Notes: generated by a model not told the origin, from the letters alone. 64,000 bases of DNA from Roseibacillus sp. (GCA_051251855.1 JBPOGI010000005.1:192001-256000); one strand, 5' to 3'; positions 35,631-45,496 are shown, counted from the stretch's first letter. Numbers and translations: made by a program.

Positions 35631-38600
35631 CTACTCGCTCCAGCCACCGGGGTCTTTGCGGAACGCTTTGAATTTTCCGTCGTTGCGATCCCAGAGGTAG
35701 ACGTGCCAGAGGTAGGAGCGGTAGACGAGTTGGCAGTTTTCGCGGATGTAGAGTTCTTCGCGCGCGGAGGGGTATTCCCAGCGTAGGTTACGTTTACGGG
35801 AACGGAATTTTTCGCGGTTGAGGAGAATCCAGACCCGTTCGTCTTGGGCGAAGACTTCTTGCAGTCCGGCGACGCGGTTGATGACTTCGGCGTCTCCATT
35901 GCGGTCACGGAGGAGTCCGTTGTCGCTGTAGGTGAAGTCGTAGAGGATGGGGACGGCGAGGTCGTAGTCGGCTTGCCCGACTTCCATCTTGGCGGCGTGG
36001 GGATGGGGCTCGGTAATCATGACCTTGTCACCGTCCCGAAGGTTGGCTTTGACGTAACGGAGGCCGGAGATGGGGTCGCCGAGGATTTTTTCTTCGTAAG
36101 AACCGAGGATGCGCCAGGGGCTCCAGCTGAGGAGAACGACGAGAAGGGCGATGTTGCGGAGGAGGTGTGCACCACGCTGGTTGCCGGTCCACCGCTTGAG
36201 GTATTCGAAAAAGACCCACATCCCGTGACAACCTAACAGAACCCAGAGCGCGATGAGGGTGTATTGGTAGCGGAAGCTGGGGGAGGTGATGAGTAGATTG
36301 AGAAAGAGGACTCCGGCGAGGAGGGAGACGTGCAAGACGATGAGGCGTCGATAGCCTGCGCGAAGGGCGTAGATGAGGCTGACAAGCCAGAATACCGAGA
36401 GGGCGATGTGGAGGCGAGAGTAGCCGATGAAGAGGGCGAAGAGGTTGCCGAGTTCCCAGAAGTTGGGGGCGATGGTGGCTTCGACGTTAGGGGAAATGCC
36501 GACGGGGCGGGTCATGCATTTCATTTGGAAAAGGAGGATGTCGATGGCGATGGCGGCTCCGGTGACCATGAGAGCGAGCACGGCTTTGACCTCCCACTTC
36601 CAGTTCACGTCTTTGCCAAAGAGGACATAGAGCACGACGAGAATGGGGACGAAGGAGATGCTGATTTCTTGGCTGAGGACTGCCAAACCAAAGCAGAAGA
36701 TGGCCCACACTCGCCAGCGTGGATTATTGGCCACGATGAAGCCGCGGATGAAGAAATCGATGAGGAGGAGTAGGAAAAGTTGCTGCTGCTGATAGAAGCG
36801 GGCGATGTGGCCGGTGAAGATGAGGAAGGGGTGAACGGCGAAGAAGAAGGTGGCCGCGACCGCGACCCAGCGGCTGTGGCAGTAGGTGTGCGCCATGCGC
36901 CAGACGACCCAGCCGGTGGCGAGGGAGGTAAGCACGGTGAGCATGCGCAGCACCCAAAGGTTGGCGCCGAAAACTTTGGCAAAGAGGCCGGCGAGGTAGT
37001 GATAGCCGGGGCTGCGACTGTACCAGATGCCATCACCGATTTCGGGGAGGCCTGTTTCGGTGATGGAGACCACGGCTTGAATGGAGGCGTATTCGTCGTC
37101 ATCGATGGGTTGCTCCATCATGCGGTAGGCGCGAGGGATGAGGCAAAGAACGAGAAGGAAGGTGAGGGTGAGCCACGCGGGGATGGTGAACTTGGGAGCG
37201 GCCTTTGGTGTTTTCCAAAAGGCGAGGATAGTACCCCCGAACAAGCTGATGGCCAAGACAAGCAAGGCCCACCATCCGGTTCGGAAGAAGAGGTATTCGC
37301 TGCGCTCTAGGAAGGAGAATTTGAGGAAGACGGCGAGTGCGAGGAGGGTGAGGAAACCAATCGCGAAGCGTTCGGCGGTGCGGGATTGGAGCTTGTGGGG
37401 AAGTAGGAAAAGGATGGGGGTGAGCAGGAGGGCGAGGAAGAGGGCCTGCTTTTTCCAAGAGTGGGTGGACCGTTGTTCGCCAATGTAGGTGAGGAGGGGA
37501 AAGTTGGTCCCGGGGCGGGCGGTGTTGTTGCCTAGGATGAGGGGGAATTGCTCGTCTTTCCACTCGGTCTGCCAAGAGCCATTCGATTGGATGCGCGTCT
37601 CTCGCCCACTGTGAGATTGGATGGATGCGTCGAGGGCGACGGCGACGGGGCGACTGCGGCTGTAGCCGGGATGGGGTTCTTGCAGGAGGCGGACGCGGAT
37701 TTCGTTGCGGCCTTTTTTGAGGACGGGTTGGATGCCGTAGCCGTGAAAGTCCTCTTGGCCACGTTCGCGCAGGATTTCGGGAGGGATGCGCCACCAGCCC
37801 TCTTCCAGCACGCCATAGGGATCGGGGTTACCGGCTTTGGGGTCGTCGGGGTCGCCGCCATCATCAAGAAGTTCGCCGGCGGTGGTGGCGGTTTCGCGCT
37901 CTTGGGTGCGGTTGAGGGTGTTTTCGTAGCGTCGGAAGTCGTTGATGGTGGGGTCGCCATGAGCGGGGTTTTCGAAGCGGTTTCCGACAAAGGCGTCGCC
38001 GGTTTCGTCGGGATCGAGAAGGGTGGGGGTGACTGCCAAGGGGCGGCGTCCGCTCCAGCCCACCATCCATCCGCCACTGCCTAGACCCCGCTTTTCGAGG
38101 GAGGGAGGCTGGATGGGGACGTCGTTGACGTAGAGCATGTAGGGCGCGCGGGAGGCGACTCGGACAAAGGCATCGGCGACGCTGTCGGGTTGGTCCCAGT
38201 GATAGACGAAGTCTTGCCCGCTGGTCGCTCCTTGTTTGTTTTGGAGGGCATTGGCAATCATCCATTGGCCGGAGAATTTTTCTTCGAACAATCCTTTGGG
38301 CACAAAAGTGATGGGGCTGCCGCTGAACCGTCGGCCGGCGATGGCGTTGTCCCAGTGTGAGACGTCGGCGTCTTTGTTAGGCCATTGTCGTTGGCCGAGC
38401 CCTTTGGGGACGGGCTCTCCTTTCCAGGTCTCGTTGCTTCGGAGGGAGACGTGCTCGCCGTTTTCCAGTTTGATTTCGCCGGTGAGGCAGAAGGCGACTC
38501 CGGTCCATCGGCCTTCCGTCTCGACCGCGATGCAGTTTTCGCCGGGGTCGAGGAAAGGGCGGATATCAAAGTAGATGGGGGAACGGTGGTTGGCGTGGCC

Positions 38601-39002
38601 AGTCCATTGGTATTCGCGCGGAAAATTGTAGGCCACGGCAGGGCTGCTGGTGACGGAGCGTTGGCCGGATTCGGTGAGCCCGTTTTGGTAGGGGCGGGTG
38701 GCGCGCCAGTAGCTGAGCGCGCCGATGGGATTGCCGTTGATGAGGACTTCGAAGCCACCTTCGGAGGCGATGGTGAGCCAAGCGTGTTCGACTTCGGCGG
38801 TGAGGGAGAAATTTTGGCGGAAGCAGCCGGTGCGCTGGGTGTCGTCTTGCACGCGAATCCACTTGGCGTCTTGAGGGAATTCGAAGGTGCGTCCGAGTGG
38901 TTCGGAGGGGGAGAGGGCGGTTCCGATGATCCACCACAAGCCGCCGATGGCAAAGGCGCAGGCCAGTGCAAAGCGGAGACGGGCGATGGAAGGTTTTCTC
39001 AC
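35631..39002 (-). CDS. GT-C fold (GT39/ArnT/PMT-like) glycosyltransferase with large N-terminal periplasmic beta-sandwich region
   Basis: DDDEYAS acidic motif, YSRSPGYHYL, LRML, ARFY and multiple TM helices. N-terminus resembles rhamnosidase/galactose-binding N-domains (FRQNFSL..AWLTIAS..FEVLING; LKKGRNEIRV). Confidence 0.75.
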   Translation of the reverse strand: MRKPSIARLRFALACAFAIGGLWWIIGTALSPSEPLGRTFEFPQDAKWIRVQDDTQRTGCFRQNFSLTAEVEHAWLTIASEGGFEVLINGNPIGALSYWRATRPYQNGLTESGQRSVTSSPAVAYNFPREYQWTGHANHRSPIYFDIRPFLDPGENCIAVETEGRWTGVAFCLTGEIKLENGEHVSLRSNETWKGEPVPKGLGQRQWPNKDADVSHWDNAIAGRRFSGSPITFVPKGLFEEKFSGQWMIANALQNKQGATSGQDFVYHWDQPDSVADAFVRVASRAPYMLYVNDVPIQPPSLEKRGLGSGGWMVGWSGRRPLAVTPTLLDPDETGDAFVGNRFENPAHGDPTINDFRRYENTLNRTQERETATTAGELLDDGGDPDDPKAGNPDPYGVLEEGWWRIPPEILRERGQEDFHGYGIQPVLKKGRNEIRVRLLQEPHPGYSRSRPVAVALDASIQSHSGRETRIQSNGSWQTEWKDEQFPLILGNNTARPGTNFPLLTYIGEQRSTHSWKKQALFLALLLTPILFLLPHKLQSRTAERFAIGFLTLLALAVFLKFSFLERSEYLFFRTGWWALLVLAISLFGGTILAFWKTPKAAPKFTIPAWLTLTFLLVLCLIPRAYRMMEQPIDDDEYASIQAVVSITETGLPEIGDGIWYSRSPGYHYLAGLFAKVFGANLWVLRMLTVLTSLATGWVVWRMAHTYCHSRWVAVAATFFFAVHPFLIFTGHIARFYQQQQLFLLLLIDFFIRGFIVANNPRWRVWAIFCFGLAVLSQEISISFVPILVVLYVLFGKDVNWKWEVKAVLALMVTGAAIAIDILLFQMKCMTRPVGISPNVEATIAPNFWELGNLFALFIGYSRLHIALSVFWLVSLIYALRAGYRRLIVLHVSLLAGVLFLNLLITSPSFRYQYTLIALWVLLGCHGMWVFFEYLKRWTGNQRGAHLLRNIALLVVLLSWSPWRILGSYEEKILGDPISGLRYVKANLRDGDKVMITEPHPHAAKMEVGQADYDLAVPILYDFTYSDNGLLRDRNGDAEVINRVAGLQEVFAQDERVWILLNREKFRSRKRNLRWEYPSAREELYIRENCQLVYRSYLWHVYLWDRNDGKFKAFRKDPGGWSE

Positions 39003-39008
39003 GGAGAG

Positions 39009-40508
39009 TTAGAGGCCTTTCGATTGGCGGCGGGCTTCGGCGGCGGCGGTCATGTTTTCCGCGTTCCATTCTCCTTGCGAGAGGATGAGCCAGGAGGTGG
39101 AGATGACACCTCGCTTGTCCTTGCGGAGATAGGGGCCGTAGAGTTCTTGGATTTCGCGCTGGCGGCGGCGGTTCTGGGCAATGTCACCCACTTGCAGGCT
39201 GGTGAGTTGGTGATGGAAGCGCGCTTGGATGGCGGTGGGTTCGGTTTCGCAGAGGCGGCCAAATTGCTGATGGGCTTCGGCGAGGCGTCCGGCATTGAAG
39301 TCGTCGATGGTGACACGCATCCATGAGCGGGAGAGTTCCCGTTGCCACTCGGGGGGGAGGTCGCTGCGGCGCTCTTCGAGGCTTTGGAGAACTTCTTTGG
39401 CGCGTCCGCCATAGCCGAGCTGTTCCAGTTTCCAGATCTGATAGAGTTGCGCGCAAGTGCTATCGAGTTTGAGGAGAGTTTCGGTGCGGCCTTGTTGCAA
39501 AATGAGGGAGGTGTCGAAGCGGAGGGCGGGCATCCACTTTTGAGCGGATTTGATTTCTTGGAGGCTTTCTTGATAGTTGCCGTCGAGGGTGGCGGTCTTG
39601 GCGGCGCGGAGGTGTTTGCTGGCGTTGAGAACGGGGACGAGTGCGGAGGCGACGAGGATGAGAGTGCTGGCGGCGACTGCTATGCCAGCTCGCTTGAGGA
39701 GGGTTCGACGTCCTTTGTTCGGCATTTGTTTGAGGAGTCCGAAGGCACCCATTCCAAAAGCGATGGCACCGAGCCAAGCAACGAACCAGCCTCGGCCGAC
39801 GAATTGAGAGAAGGCGGGGTTGAGTCCGAACCACCAGATGACTTCGGGGATTTCCTCGATACCCAAGGTGGCGAGGGAGTCCATGGGAGTGCGGAAGGCG
39901 GCCAGAAAGATGGGAGGATCTTGCATGTTGGCCACGAGTTGAATCTCGTTGTAGCGCTCGGAGTGGGCGCGGAAGACGTCGCCACCCAGCCACGTGAGAT
40001 TGTCGTGTTGCTGCTGCAGCCAAGCGGCGTCGCCGGAGGTTTCGACGTCTTGCACGATGACCCATTGGGGATACCACCAGACGAGGGGGAAAACGGACAT
40101 GGACCAGAGAAAGGACCAGGCGAGAAGGTTGTGGGCGATAGCGGGAACTCGTCCGAAGGAGATGGTGTGCAGGGCGTGCTTGATTTTTTGCAGGAAGCGC
40201 TTGAGAAGGCGCTTGGGGAAGGAGCCGGAGAGGGGAGCGCGGTGGGCCTTTGCTTTTACGCGTTCGGCTTTCCAATGGCGAAGAAAGGAGGGGCCTTGTC
40301 TCCAAAGAATCAGAACACATCCGAGGACCCAAATGGTCAAGGCGATGAGGAGTCCGGCTTTGAAGTATTTGGTCACCGGGGAGTCGCGGACGGTGGCGGT
40401 CCCGTCGGCTTCCCATCCTTGCGGAAGAGTGAACCAGCTTTCCTTGAGAGCGAGGGCCATCAGGAGCAGCCCGACAAGGAAGACTCCCAATGCCGCGAGC
40501 CTAGCCAT
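39009..40508 (-). CDS. polytopic membrane protein with C-terminal TPR-like helical domain
   Basis: About 5 hydrophobic segments followed by helical repeats; translationally coupled to its neighbours. Confidence 0.7.
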   Translation of the reverse strand: MARLAALGVFLVGLLLMALALKESWFTLPQGWEADGTATVRDSPVTKYFKAGLLIALTIWVLGCVLILWRQGPSFLRHWKAERVKAKAHRAPLSGSFPKRLLKRFLQKIKHALHTISFGRVPAIAHNLLAWSFLWSMSVFPLVWWYPQWVIVQDVETSGDAAWLQQQHDNLTWLGGDVFRAHSERYNEIQLVANMQDPPIFLAAFRTPMDSLATLGIEEIPEVIWWFGLNPAFSQFVGRGWFVAWLGAIAFGMGAFGLLKQMPNKGRRTLLKRAGIAVAASTLILVASALVPVLNASKHLRAAKTATLDGNYQESLQEIKSAQKWMPALRFDTSLILQQGRTETLLKLDSTCAQLYQIWKLEQLGYGGRAKEVLQSLEERRSDLPPEWQRELSRSWMRVTIDDFNAGRLAEAHQQFGRLCETEPTAIQARFHHQLTSLQVGDIAQNRRRQREIQELYGPYLRKDKRGVISTSWLILSQGEWNAENMTAAAEARRQSKGL

Positions 40509-41988
40509 TGCTTTGGTAGTCGAATTCGCGAGTCTCCGTGACTTCGATTTGGTCGGACTCGCGGAGAATCCAGTGGCCTTCGACGATGACTTCTTCTCCG
40601 GGTTGAATACCGTCTAGAATTTCGACGGCGTAATCATCGACGATGCCCACTTCGACTCGGCGCGCCTGCCAGCCTGACTCGTCATCCTTCATGTAGACCA
40701 CGCCGGCTCCAGCTGAGATGGAGAGGAGGGCGGACCTGGGGATGGCGATTCCGGTTCGGGTGACTGTGAGGCGTCCGAAGCCAGTCATGCCCATCGCGAC
40801 GGGCTTGGTTTCGGGGAGGTTTTGGAGGGTCATGCGCGCTTTGAAAGTGGCGGCCCACTCGGGTGCTCCTGAACCACGAGGGCGGAGAGGGCGGGAGATT
40901 TCGGGGCCTCCTTCGTTGAAGCTGATGACGGGGGTCACGTTTTCGATTTCGGCTTGGAAGGAGTGACCGGGATAGGCTTCGAGCCGCACTTCGCCGGTGA
41001 GGCCTTTTTCCACGAAAGAGAAATCGGATTGGTCGTAGTAGGCTTCGAACCAAAGTCCGCTGACGACCACGAAGCCAGGCTTGCCGGGGTCAGCATTGTA
41101 TTCGCCTTCCTTGATGAGGGTGCGCTCGACGATGCCGTCGATGGGGGAGAGGATTTGATAATTCTGGAGTTCGAGCTCACGATGCGCGACGGCTTCGCGA
41201 GCATCACGGACAGCGTTGCGTGCGATTTGGAGACTTTCGGTGACGCCTTTCTCGGCCATCTGAACGCGGACGAGAGCTTCTCCATAGCTTTGTTCGGCTT
41301 CGGCGAATTCTTTTTCGGCATTGAGGAGGGCGGTCTTGGCGACGACCCCTTTTTCGAAAGCGCGGCGATAGCGTTCCACCATGTCGCGAGCGAGGGCGAC
41401 CTTTTCGGTTTCGGCTTTGACGTTCAGCTTCTCCATGTTGGGCCGCTCTTGCGCGAGGACGTAGGCGGAGCCGGCGACGACGCGCGCGAGTTCGGCTTCG
41501 GCAGTGGAAACGGCGAGCTGGGCACTGGCGAGTTTGATGTCGGCGAGTTCGCTATCGAGCTCGGCCATGACGTCGCCTTTTTTGACGCGGTCTCCTTCTT
41601 GAAAGTGGACCTTGGTGATGGGGGCGAGCGGGACGAGAGGGATGAGGATGGGGTCGCTGGCGCAGACGCCTTCGCCCATGATGAAGCGGGTGAATTCGCG
41701 TTCGCCAGCAGGGGAGACGACAACGGGAAGCGGCTTGTCCATCTTGCGCATCATGGCGGGGTAGCCGAGACCCGAGCTATAGAACTTGGTGGCGGGATCC
41801 ATGTAGGAAGGCCAGAGGACTTTCCAACCCACGGCGAGGATGAAGAGACCGAGGATGAGCCCTCCCCAAAGGAGTCCGCGATTGTCGCGGATGAGCTCGC
41901 TGATCACCCTCGTGAGACGTTTCCACCAAGAGGGATTCTCGGGTGGGAGGTCTTCGGTGGAAGTTGAACTGGAGGAGGAGTTGGGCAT
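40501..41988 (-). CDS. membrane fusion protein (HlyD/RND periplasmic adaptor)
   Basis: N-terminal TM, lipoyl halves VHFQEGDRVKKGDVMAEL and ILSPIDGIV, long coiled coil, C-terminal VEILDGIQPGEEVIVEG. Confidence 0.88.
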   Translation of the reverse strand: MPNSSSSSTSTEDLPPENPSWWKRLTRVISELIRDNRGLLWGGLILGLFILAVGWKVLWPSYMDPATKFYSSGLGYPAMMRKMDKPLPVVVSPAGEREFTRFIMGEGVCASDPILIPLVPLAPITKVHFQEGDRVKKGDVMAELDSELADIKLASAQLAVSTAEAELARVVAGSAYVLAQERPNMEKLNVKAETEKVALARDMVERYRRAFEKGVVAKTALLNAEKEFAEAEQSYGEALVRVQMAEKGVTESLQIARNAVRDAREAVAHRELELQNYQILSPIDGIVERTLIKEGEYNADPGKPGFVVVSGLWFEAYYDQSDFSFVEKGLTGEVRLEAYPGHSFQAEIENVTPVISFNEGGPEISRPLRPRGSGAPEWAATFKARMTLQNLPETKPVAMGMTGFGRLTVTRTGIAIPRSALLSISAGAGVVYMKDDESGWQARRVEVGIVDDYAVEILDGIQPGEEVIVEGHWILRESDQIEVTETREFDYQSNG

Positions 41989-42431
41989 GAATCGAACTGT
42001 TCAAGAGTAATGATAGTCGACTGGTATAAAATGATAGATGAATTGGCACTTGGGGCTAGCCCTGAGTCCGCCATCAAAAGAGGGCCCCACCCGATCACCG
42101 CTCCATTCCACTAGACGGTTTTCGAGTGAGGCTTTTGGGGGAGTGTGAGAGGCTCTTGAGGATATGCAAGTTGGCGAAGTGAGAGCTAGGCTTCGTTGTC
42201 TCTTGAGTCCGCGAATCTTAGAGAGGAAAGGTGATGGTGAGAACCAGTGCCGCCGCTAGGGCGACACCAGTATTAACCACTAATCACCAACCAACAGATT
42301 CCGGTAGAAAAGACGCTTTGCACAGACTGCCAAGCCATGGCTGCCAAGGAGTTCTAAAAGAAGAGAGGCTGCTTTTCTCTAGAGGAGATTCGTTTAGATT
42401 TTCACTTTCCAAATAGATTTCTATCCGTTTG

Positions 42432-43460
42432 TTAGGAAGCGAGTTGCGAGATTCCGAGTTGGTTGCGTGACGGGGCTTCTTGACAGGAAACCTCCTCGTC
42501 TACAGGGAGGGTGCGAGGGCGCTGCATGCGCTCGTAGACGCGGTGCTCCATCATGAGACCTTGGTTGACAACGAGAACACCAGTCAGAGCGGTGATGACG
42601 CCGGTGGTGACGAACAAGCTGGCTCCTCCTAAAGTGAAAGTGAGAACGACAGCTACGACGAGTTGAAGGAACCCTAAGCCGACAAGAGCGGCAGCCATCT
42701 TACCTGCGAAATGCATCGGGCAGTCGCGGAAGCGCTTGAGGAAGCTTACGGTGGTCATGTCCATGAGTCCGATAGCGATGCGGCCCCAGCCATACTTGCT
42801 TTCACCGTGGAGGCGTGGGTGGTGCTGGACCACGATTTCGCCCGTCTTGTAGCCGTTGAAAGAAGCGAGGGAGGGAACCATGCGGTGCATGTCGCCGTAC
42901 ATGGGGAGGCTTTTGACCACTTCGCGGCGGTAGGCTTTGAAGCCACAGTTGTGGTCGTGGAGTTTGACGTCAACGAGCTTACTGATAGCAGCATTGAAGA
43001 CGCGGCTCGGAAGAACCTTGTGCCAAGGGTCGTGACGCTTTTTCTTGAAGCCAGAAACGATATCGAAGCCTTCCGCCAACTTTTCGAGGAAGCGAGGAAT
43101 CTCGTTAGGGTCGTCTTGAAGATCTGCGTCCATTGTGAAGACGATGTCACCTTTAGCTTCGCGATAACCGAGGGCGAGGGCATCTGCCTTCCCGCGATTA
43201 TGGCGGAAACGCAGGGAGCGGACATGAGCGCTTTCGCGGCGAGCGAGGGTCTTCATGACATTCCAAGTTGAGTCGGTAGAGCCATCATCAATGAAAATGA
43301 CTTCCCAAGAGGGAGTGAGCTTCTCGGCCTGAGCGCGAATTCCCTGAAAGAGGGTTTCGAGAGTGGCTTCCTCGTTCATTGCGGGGATGATGAAGGTCAA
43401 AGAATCAGCAGTGACGTTGACGTTCGAGGGATGGGACAAGTTGTTTTCTAAGTGAATCAT
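42432..43460 (-). CDS. GT2 polyprenol-phosphate glycosyltransferase (ArnC/GtrB/DPM1-like)
   Basis: IIPAMNEE, DDGSTD, GKADAL, MDADLQDDP, DHNCGFKAYR and two C-terminal TM helices. Start placed at ATG 43460, 31 nt downstream of a sigma-54 promoter. Confidence 0.9.
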   Translation of the reverse strand: MIHLENNLSHPSNVNVTADSLTFIIPAMNEEATLETLFQGIRAQAEKLTPSWEVIFIDDGSTDSTWNVMKTLARRESAHVRSLRFRHNRGKADALALGYREAKGDIVFTMDADLQDDPNEIPRFLEKLAEGFDIVSGFKKKRHDPWHKVLPSRVFNAAISKLVDVKLHDHNCGFKAYRREVVKSLPMYGDMHRMVPSLASFNGYKTGEIVVQHHPRLHGESKYGWGRIAIGLMDMTTVSFLKRFRDCPMHFAGKMAAALVGLGFLQLVVAVVLTFTLGGASLFVTTGVITALTGVLVVNQGLMMEHRVYERMQRPRTLPVDEEVSCQEAPSRNQLGISQLAS

Positions 43461-43491
43461 TTTGTTTGGAAGTGGTTTCCCCTCGCTCTTG

Positions 43492-43506
43492 GCAATGCTT
43501 GTGCCA
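43492..43506 (-). promoter_or_regulatory. sigma-54 (-24/-12) promoter of the GT2-MFP-membrane protein-GT-C operon
   Basis: Minus strand TGGCAC-AAGCA-TTGC, an exact match to TGGCAC-N5-TTGC. Confidence 0.8.
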
Positions 43507-43644
43507 GCTTTACTTGGTTGATTTGTAATTATTTGTAATTGAGTGAGTTGCGTCCATAATGGGCAGTGCCAACTTGATGGGCTGAGTCTGGCATCCGGTA
43601 AAATTTTCTGTGTTCGGTGACCTTGACCCAGTAAGAAAAACAGG

Positions 43645-45147
43645 ATGAATGGAACGACCGTGCCGGTTCGTTGGCTGACTGCTTCCCTCGTGGTGGCGCT
43701 GGCTTCGTGCACGGTGGGTCCTGACTATGAGGCTCCCGAAATTACAGTTCCCGATGCTTGGACGGCTTCTATCAGAAGTGATTTAGGCTCTTCGATTTCG
43801 GGTTCGCAGAACTGGTGGCGAAAGTTTGGTGATGAGGATCTCAATAAGCTCATCTCGAGGGCTCGGGAGGCGAGCCCGAATGTCCGGATTGCTCAGAAGC
43901 GTATCGACCAAGCCTGGTATCAGAGAGGAGTGCTCTCGGCAGCCTTTTATCCCCACGTCGATTTTTCAGCGCGAGATGATTACGGAATGGGGGGATTCAG
44001 CACCAGCGGAGTCAGGCTCGATCCCTTCGAGTCGCACGGGAATTTGACCAAGCTCGACTATGGTTGGGAGTTGGATGTCTTTGGTCGCATCAAGCGGCAG
44101 ACCGAAGCGGCAGAGGCAGAGTGGCAAGCGCGCTATGAAGGCTATCGTGATACCCAGGTCTTTATCACCGCCGAAGTGGCTCTCGATTATATTGCGATGA
44201 GGGCATTGGAAAGTCGTCTTCAGGTAGCGCGGGAATCCACGGCATCTTTCAAGCGAATCTACGACTTGATTGTCATTAGGTATGAGGAGGGAATCTCAGC
44301 TAAGGTTGAAGTTAAGGAAGCTGAGGCGCGTTATCGCACTACGGGAGCGGAAGTGCCTCGGCTGCAGAAGGAGTTGGCGGTGGTTAGGAACAAGTTGGCG
44401 AGCTTGTTGGCAATTCATCCCAATCAGCTCAGCCTGATTGTGAAAGAGGGAGACATTCCTGAGCCACCGGCATCGGTGTCGGTAGGTTTTCCCCTAGAGC
44501 TCTTGCGGTCACGGCCCGATGTTCGAAGGGCGGAGCGCCGCATCGCCAATCAGACTGCGCTTGTAGGGGTAGCAACTGCAGACCTCTACCCTACTCTCTC
44601 TCTCAGCGGGGCGATACGCTACGAGATTTTGGAGCGTGGTTCCGTGATTGAACTTTTGGAGCGCGTGATTGGGCTGGGAGGAAACTTTCGACAACGTATC
44701 TATCATGCTTGTGCGGACCAATACAAAATCGCGGAGCAAAATGAGAAGCTGAACGAGGCGATCATTTTTTACGAGAAGACCATTATTCAGTCTGTGAGGG
44801 AGGTGGAAGATGCTTTGTCGTCCCTGAACTACGAAAGCAAGAGGTTGGAATTGTTGGAAAAAGCCTCGGCCTCGCATAAGGAGACGGCGGAGCTTTTGTT
44901 TGAGAGTTACAAGGCCGGGATGATTGATGTTCGCAGGCTTCTCAATGGTTATCGAGATGCTGCTATCACCGACGATGAACTCTATGCGACCGAAGGACGG
45001 CGAGCGGCGCATGCGGTTCGATTATTCAAAGCCTTGGGTGGAGGCGAGTTGCCGGCGCCCGACAAGTTTCCCGTCGGTAACCAGAATCGCATGCTTCCCA
45101 AAAAGTTCTTCCGCAAGCAAGTGCCCTCCGCGCCTGATGTGAGGTAG
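43645..45147 (+). CDS. TolC/NodT family outer membrane efflux lipoprotein
   Basis: Lipobox LASC-TVGPDY, WWRKFGD, WELDVFGR, LLRSRPDVRRAE and LFKALGGG. Confidence 0.92.
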   Translation: MNGTTVPVRWLTASLVVALASCTVGPDYEAPEITVPDAWTASIRSDLGSSISGSQNWWRKFGDEDLNKLISRAREASPNVRIAQKRIDQAWYQRGVLSAAFYPHVDFSARDDYGMGGFSTSGVRLDPFESHGNLTKLDYGWELDVFGRIKRQTEAAEAEWQARYEGYRDTQVFITAEVALDYIAMRALESRLQVARESTASFKRIYDLIVIRYEEGISAKVEVKEAEARYRTTGAEVPRLQKELAVVRNKLASLLAIHPNQLSLIVKEGDIPEPPASVSVGFPLELLRSRPDVRRAERRIANQTALVGVATADLYPTLSLSGAIRYEILERGSVIELLERVIGLGGNFRQRIYHACADQYKIAEQNEKLNEAIIFYEKTIIQSVREVEDALSSLNYESKRLELLEKASASHKETAELLFESYKAGMIDVRRLLNGYRDAAITDDELYATEGRRAAHAVRLFKALGGGELPAPDKFPVGNQNRMLPKKFFRKQVPSAPDVR

Positions 45148-45350
45148 AGGCACTTAGGCGAGGGGGGGGGCGCCGACCTCGTTCGAAAAGACCATTGATG
45201 GGGATTTTTTCGCGGTATTCATGCTCATCATGATTTATGATTTTTGAAAGCGACTCTCAGGAAGGGCAACGCTCAAGCCTGGAGGACGCGAACTGAGGAC
45301 AGTTACTCGTCCGGAGCGCGAGTTTGTTTTGAAGGTGAGGGCCGCAGGCT

Positions 45351-45496
45351 CGGGAGAGCGGCTTTGTAAGCCGCTGGGGTTGATCGCGATTCGGAAGGCT
45401 GGGTCAAAGGCTACTGATCCAAGGATTCGAGGATCAGTAGGCCTACCCTCAACTGACCAAGATCCGAGGTAGCGGCTTTTAAAGACCGCTCTCCCG
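45351..45496. repeat. REP/REPIN-like nested inverted repeat
   Basis: CGGGAGAGCGGCTTTGTAAGCCGCT (45351-45375) pairs with AGCGGCTTTTAAAGACCGCTCTCCCG (45471-45496); central CTACTGATCC-N10-GGATCAGTAG hairpin. Confidence 0.6.

Noticed and set aside
38385..41967. Long plus-strand ORFs (313, 399 and 337 aa)
   Set aside because: Antisense to well-supported minus-strand genes; typical shadow frames from codon bias.
43560..43605. Additional TGGCAC/TGGCAT hexamers as a sigma-54 promoter for tolC
   Set aside because: No GC at the -12 position with the required spacing.
43461..43712. N-terminal extension of GT2 in the ORF track
   Set aside because: Overlaps the sigma-54 promoter and the tolC start; no GT2 similarity.
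45162..45170. G9 homopolymer as a phase-variation tract
   Set aside because: It lies downstream of the tolC stop between convergent genes, so slippage has no obvious effect.
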